NCBI GenBank assembly: GCA_013239625.1
Contig: MU055355.1
Span: 945,014-1,009,013 of the forward strand
Reading direction: 5' to 3'
From: Lama guanicoe
Taxonomy: Eukaryota
Length of the DNA: 64,000 nucleotides
Shown piece after piece: positions 54,230 to 64,000 of the stretch. Under the pieces are notes generated by a model. The model was not told the origin of the DNA. It made no database searches and saw only the letters and a program-made list of their open reading frames with translations. Position 1 is the first letter of the stretch. Each line of letters opens with the position of its first letter. The translations under genes were made by a program, and so were the position numbers.

Positions 54230-54660
54230 TGGAAACAGAGAGCACAACAGCCTGCCATTCAACCATTTAACAGAAATTTGTGGAATTCTCCCTCCATGCC
54301 ATGCCTCGTGCCAGGCCCCCACCCTCCATGAAAGGTGTGATGTCAGGGAGCTGCAAGGTCCTGTGCGGCACAGAGTTGAGGCATCTGACTCAGTCTGGGG
54401 GTATGTGAGGAGTCCAGGGGAGGCTTCCTGGAGGAAGTGACATCTAAGTTGGATTCTGAAAGATAAAGAGTAGGGATAGATGAGAGTGTTTGTGGTAGAA
54501 AATATAAAAGGCCTAGAGGCTAGGGACAGGACAGGGCACATTTAGGGGCACGGCATGTAGACATTCATGTCTGGGATTTTGATGTGGAGGTGGTGTGGAA
54601 CAGATGGGGCTGGCAAGGTAAATGGTGTCAGTTCATGAAGGGATGGTCACAAGCATGCCA
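54230..54660. mobile_element. L2 LINE fragment between C4 and CYP21A2
   Basis: CATTCAACCATTTAACAGAAATTT..GTGCCAGGC..GGAGGCTTCCTGGAGGAAGTGACATCTAAG..AAAGGCCTAGAGG. Confidence 0.6.
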
Positions 54661-56117
54661 GCATTCCAGGTCTCTCTCCTTTTGAGTGGAGGCCCCCTTC
54701 TATCCCAATGTAGCTTTGAGAAGTCCTGACCTTCGCCAGTACTTCAGAGGCTTCCGAGGACTGTTGTTTACATGGCCCGGTTGCTGCCCATCAGATCTCT
54801 CCCAAAGGCTGATTGGCCTGGTGGTGGCATAAACCCATTTGTAAGAACAAGAGATTAAGCTAACGCTTGTGTCAAGATGTGGCCTGGGGCTGGGAGGTCA
54901 ACCACAAGGAAGGTACCAGCTGTTGCTGCCCAATCCCAGAAACCCCACCCCATTTTCTCCCTCCTCACCCTGGGCATGGATCTGGGCTGAGCCTCCTCCA
55001 TCGGGACCCCCAGCGGTTAACGCTTCAAGCTAGTGGGTGGCACAGCCTTGCTCTGGTTAAATCTCTGAGCATCCCAACCCCACTGGGGTCAGTTCAAAAA
55101 GCCAGGGATGGGGAATTGGGAGATGCATGGGCCTCAGATCACCTCTAAGCCATCAGCCCCACCGCTTAGATGCCCCAAACTTTCACTGAAACCTGCTGCC
55201 TCTCTTTGGCATGACCTCTCCCCAAGCCCTTCCTATAAGCCCCTCCACTGCCTCCTCACCTGTAAAAGTGGTCCCTGACAGCCCTACTTGATCCAGTGGG
55301 ACCCCACCCCTTATGGCTATGGCTCCCAGAATAGGGCTGGAGCCCTGATCCCAGCTGTAGTTATCAAGTTCCCTCCTGGGGACTTTGGAATCAACGGGGG
55401 GCATGTTCAGCGAGGAAACCCCACTTGCCCTGGGGCTAGACCTGTAACCTGTGGGCTCTAACACCGAAGGCAGCCCTGTTCTGCCTGCACCTGGGAGCAC
55501 AAGCAGCTTGACTGCGGAGAGGGAGGAGGGGTCAGCAGGCAAAGAGGAGGGAGGAATGAAGAATGAGGGATCGGCCCCGTTTCTAAAGCTTTTCTTGTCC
55601 CCTATCCCTGACCTTCCAAGGCCAATAGGTCCCTCGTACTTTCCTGCTCTTGGGTTCCAGAAGATACCCCTGTATTTACAGAACAGTTGTGTTTGGCTCA
55701 AGCCAGATCAAGTGGGTCACTTTTCCTTGCAACCAACGAGCATCAGGCACGTGGTAAGAGCTCCAAATTGGGGGACCATGTAATTCTTCATCTTCAACTT
55801 TTGAGAGTGAAATGGGGCACTATTAATGATGACACTGGGGCTACAGGTATAAACTGGGATAACCCAGGCTAACCAGGATATCTGCATCCTCTACATGGAA
55901 GTTACAAAAACACACAGATCACTTTCATCTCAGTTTGTTCTTCAGGAAATCCTGGAGGGCGTATTAGTCAGGGATTGTCATTTTCCCTCCGAGACAAACT
56001 CCAGAGCAGGAATCTGCTCTAAGGTGGGGTGGGAGCGGGAGCAGGCTCAGACCGGAGAGTGGCCACTTCTTCCTGTATGATTGACGTGTAGCCAGAAAGT
56101 GGATTCTAGCTGTTCGA

Positions 56118-56372
56118 GAAGGTCAGGGTTGTGTTTCCCTTCCTTTCTTCTTGATAGATGAATGGAAAAGGCCTGCTCTTTGAAATGGGGATTTTCCAAG
56201 GCCAAGAGGGCTGGTGCCATTCCAGGAATGTGCCACTTTGTGGGCGGTACAGTGGGCAGGGGCCTGAGAGAAGGACTCAAGGGAGGTCTCAGAACCGCCC
56301 AAGTAGCCAGATGGATGAGGGTCTCAAGAGCTATAAGTGGCCGGGCCAGGGCCTTGGCATGGGTCTCCAACC
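56118..56372 (+). promoter_or_regulatory. CYP21A2 proximal promoter with nuclear-receptor (SF-1-type) sites and TATA
   Basis: GAAGGTCA 56118-56125, CCAAGGCCA 56196-56204, GC box GGGCGG 56242-56247, TATAA 56332-56336. Confidence 0.7.
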
Positions 56373-58865
56373 ATGGTCCCCGTGGGGCTGCTGCTGCTGC
56401 CGCTGCTGCTAGCCCTGCTAGCCGGCGCTCGCCTGCTGTGGGGCCAGTGGAAGCTCAGGAGCCTCCATCTCCCCCCTCTTGTTCCTGGCTTCTTGCACCT
56501 GCTGCAGCCCAACCTCCCCATCTATCTACTTGGCCTGACTCAGAAACTCGGGCCTATCTACAGGCTCCGCCTTGGGCTGCAAGGTGAGAGGCTGCTCCCT
56601 CCCCGGCCCCACCACAGCGGGGAGGGGCGGTCTGCTCCCTGCTGACCTCCTTCGTTTCCTTTCCCCAGATGTGGTGGTGCTGAACTCCAAGAGGACCATT
56701 GAGGAGGCCATGGTCAGGAAGTGGGTGGACTTCGCTGGCAGACCCCAGATACCATCCTGTAAGGGGAGGGGGCGTTTCCGGAAGAAGCAGGGGCTGTGGG
56801 AGGCAGGGAAGGGCAGGCCCATGGCTTCCTTGGTCAGTTGGACACCCCACCCCCAACCCCTACTCACAGACAAGCTGGTGTCTCAGCACTGTGAGGACAT
56901 CTCCCTGGGGGACTACTCCCTGCTCTGGAAGGCCCACAAGAAGCTCACCCGCTCTGCCCTGCTGCTGGGCATCCGCAACTCCATGGAGCCCTGGGTGGAG
57001 CAGCTGACCCAGGAGTTCTGTGAGGTAAGGCTGGACTCCCGCAGTCCCCCGGGGTTAGCTTCGCCCCTCTTGGCAGGCCCCCTATTTAGTTCACGCCCCT
57101 TTTCCATAGCGCATGAGAGCCCAGGCCGGTGCCCCTGTGACCATCCAGAAGGAATTTTCTTTCCTCACCTGCAGCATCATCTGTTACCTTACCTTTGGAG
57201 ACAAGGTCAAGGCTCTCTTGCTCTCACAGATGTTTGGGCCCACCCCACAGCCCCTCCCTGGCCCTCTCCTTGTCCTGAACTGAAAGGATCCCATCCTTTC
57301 CCAGCAGGAGGAGACCTTAGTACATGCCATTCATGACTGTGTCCAAGACTTGATGAAAACCTGGGACCACTGGTCCCTCCAAATGTTGGACATGGTTCCC
57401 TTTCTCAGGGTGAGGAGACAGAGCCCCGGAACACCTGGGTCCTGGGAGAAAGGGTGGGGGGAACAGGCTTCCTTCCCAGCAGCTACACTCTCTTGCGTTC
57501 TGCCCCAGTTCTTCCCCAACCCCAGCCTCTGGAGGCTGAAGCAGGCCTTGGAGAACAGGGACCACATTGTAGAGAAGCAGCTGAGGCGGCACAAGGTGGG
57601 AACCATGCGTGGACCGGGCTCCCCCTCAGCCCATAGCAGTGATGCTCCTGCCCCAGAGCTAGGCAGCTTCTTCGGCATCCCACCAGTCCTGGACCTGTTG
57701 CCACCCCCAGAACCCCTGCCCGAAGCCAGGTGCTCAGGCCTGCTCCTCCTCCCCTCCCCAGGAGAGCATGGTGGCCGGCCAGTGGAGGGACATGGTGGAC
57801 TACATGCTCCAAGGGGTGGGGAGGCCAAGAGAGGGAGAGGGCCCTGGACAGCTCCTCGAAGGGCACGTGCATATGTCTGTGGTGGACCTTTTCATCGGCG
57901 GCACTGAGACCACGGCGATAACCCTTTCCTGGGCTGTGGCCTTCCTGCTTCACCACCCTGAGGTATGCTCTGGAGGCAGGCAAAAGGCTCCTTCCTGGCA
58001 GCCTGGCCAGGGCAGCAGGAACCCAGCTGGCTCCATCCTCATGTAGGCTGTGCTGGGGGTGGGGGTGAGGGAGGCTGGGCAGCTCCCTATAGGCCAGCGG
58101 CAGGGCTTGGACCCCTGATACCAGTCTTGACCCCTTCCCCAGATTCAGCAGCGACTGCAGGAGGAGCTGGATCGTGAGCTGGGCCCCAGAGCCTCAGGCG
58201 CCCGAGTTCCATTCAAGGACCGGGCTCGGCTGCCCTTGCTCAACGCCACCATCGCGGAGGTGCTGCGCCTGCGGCCCGTCGTGCCCTTGGCCTTGCCGCA
58301 CCGCGCCACGCGGCGTAGCAGGTGACTCCCAAGGGGCAGGGATGAGCGGGGAAGGCCCCAGGGGTTCCCAGCCGGCCTCTAACTGCACCCCTCCCTCAGC
58401 ATCTTCGGCTACGACATCCCCGAGGGCATGGTGGTCATCCCCAACCTCCAAGGCGCCCACCTGGACGAGACGGTCTGGGAGCAGCCTCACGAGTTCCGGC
58501 CGGGTGCGTGGCGAGGCGGGGGCCCGGGGCGTGGGGGCAGCGGAGGCTGGGGCTGGCGGCCGCTGAACCCCGGGTCTGTCCTTCCGCCTGCAGACCGCTT
58601 CCTGGGCCCGGGCGCCAACCCCTGCGTGTTGGCGTTTGGCTGCGGGGCGCGCGTGTGCCTGGGCGAGCCGCTGGCGCGCCTGGAGCTCTTCGTGGTGCTG
58701 GTGCACCTGCTCCGGGCCTTCACGCTGCTGCCTCCTGCTGGCGCCTTGCCCTCGCTGCAACCCTATCCCTACTGCGGCCTCAACCTCAAGATGCAGCCTT
58801 TCCAGGTGCGGCTGCAGCCTCGGGAGGCGGAGGCCCCGGGCCTGGGGAGTGCCAGTGACCAGTGA
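56373..58865 (+). CDS. CYP21A2: Steroid 21-hydroxylase (cytochrome P450c21), intact, 10 exons, 498 aa
   Basis: Exons 56373-56583, 56669-56758, 56870-57024, 57110-57205, 57308-57409, 57509-57595, 57762-57962, 58143-58321, 58400-58503, 58594-58865 sum to 1497 nt. Leu-rich anchor, PPLVPG hinge, I-helix GGTETT, EVLR, heme motif [16 protein letters not shown] at 59361-59366. Confidence 0.97.
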
Positions 58866-59083
58866 CAGGGCAGGACTCGCGCCAGTCACGTGCCTCAGTT
58901 TCTCCTTTTATTGCTCCCATACAAACCTCGTCCCTCCCCCCTGTAAACATGGTGCTGTGAGATCGCGGGTGGAGAAGGCTTCTGCTGACGGCTGGATGGT
59001 GAACGTGGCCCCTGGCTCTTCTCTCAGCGCAACCCCTCAGTGCTCGGCAGTCATAGTGGGGCGCTGGAGGGGTGAGCAGCGGC

Positions 59084-63145
<4,062 letters not shown>

Positions 63146-64000
63146 CTGTGTGGGAGAAACCCAGGGAGAAGCTGGGTGTGGGGGGGTGTGCAGCAGGGCC
63201 CTCCCACTCCACTCACCCTCCAGAGAGGGGACTCAGGGCTGGCCCAAGGCTGAGGTAGGGACTTTACGATCCTGGCCACGGCAGCCAAGTGGACAGAAGA
63301 GAGGGACTGAGGCTCTCCTAGCATCTTTCTTCTCTTGAATCTGCCACATCCCTGCTCTGGTCCCAACTTCTGCCAGCCCAGGGCCTCTCTGAGCACCAAC
63401 CCATGGGCCCCACGACCCTCTGTGGGGCTCCTTTGCTCTGCCTGAATCTGCTGTTTGCTCTCCCCTCTTCGCCTCAATGTCTCATCGCACCCTATTTGAA
63501 ATGTCTGCATAGGTCCCACTCCCTCCCCAACCCGCCAGGGCGCCTGTGCTGAGGGCCTGAGGCAGGACTAACCCAGTCACTCCCTGAGCACAGGGCACGT
63601 GGCCCTCCCTGCTGAGAAAAGCCGAGGATGGAACTGGCTGGTGAACTCGAAGGGCGAATCATGCCAGCCAGGTCTGGCCACATACCCATCGGGCTGAGTC
63701 GAGGTGGGTGGTAGTAAGTCTGGAAGAGGAGCCGGCCGCATCAGCATGGCCACTCCTATTGGTTTCTATGCCCCTTGCCTGCTTTGTTTTCCAGTAATTT
63801 TCCATTTGAGAAAATGCTCCTGACTCATCCATGGGAAGGGATTTGCCTTTATCTGGGCAAGGCCACCCTGCCAGGAGGTAAGAACTAGTCCATGAGAGTA
63901 ATGGGGAGCAGCTGGCCGCACAGCGGCTGGGCAGGATTTGGGAAATTAGAGACCACTGCCAGAGCCTTGCCCTGCCACCTGTCCTGGCTCCTGCCTTTGA

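Noticed and set aside
56373-58865. CYP21 pseudogene (CYP21A1P-like)
   Set aside because: There is no exon 3 deletion, exon 7 frameshift or exon 8 stop. All splice sites and the heme Cys are intact.
58194-58889. 231-aa antisense ORF over CYP21A2 exons 8-10
   Set aside because: GC-rich antisense shadow of the coding frame that crosses introns, with no recognisable domain. The same applies to 29002-29616, 44425-44994 and 52126-52725.

Overview
Mammalian genomic DNA, not prokaryotic: the complement cluster of the MHC class III region. Gene order is C2 (3' exons 7-18, +), CFB (+), NELFE/RD (-), SKIV2L/SKIC2 (+), DXO/DOM3Z (-), STK19/WHR1 (+), C4 (+), CYP21A2 (+), TNXB (3' end, -). I traced exons by hand from GT/AG boundaries. 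The spliced lengths close in frame: CFB 763 aa, SKIV2L 1246 aa, DXO 397 aa, STK19 254 aa, C4 1743 aa, CYP21A2 498 aa. There is one RCCX module with no duplicate and no retrovirus in C4 intron 9. A tRNA-derived SINE resembling the camelid vic-1 family suggests a camelid (inference). Two N-gaps affect genes: one very likely hides the NELFE start-codon exon, and one is flanked by a false duplication of part of SKIV2L exon 20. I found no wholly new biological system. The best leads are fine-scale: a four-half-site DR1 array in SKIV2L intron 1, start-codon turnover for the short adrenal TNXB isoform, a broken 'long STK19' ORF, an orthologue of the miR-1236 mirtron intron, altered GAS/TATA elements in the CFB promoter, and a PCPVMH C4 isotype motif. 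All comparisons to human, bovine or mouse sequence are from memory and need alignment to confirm.
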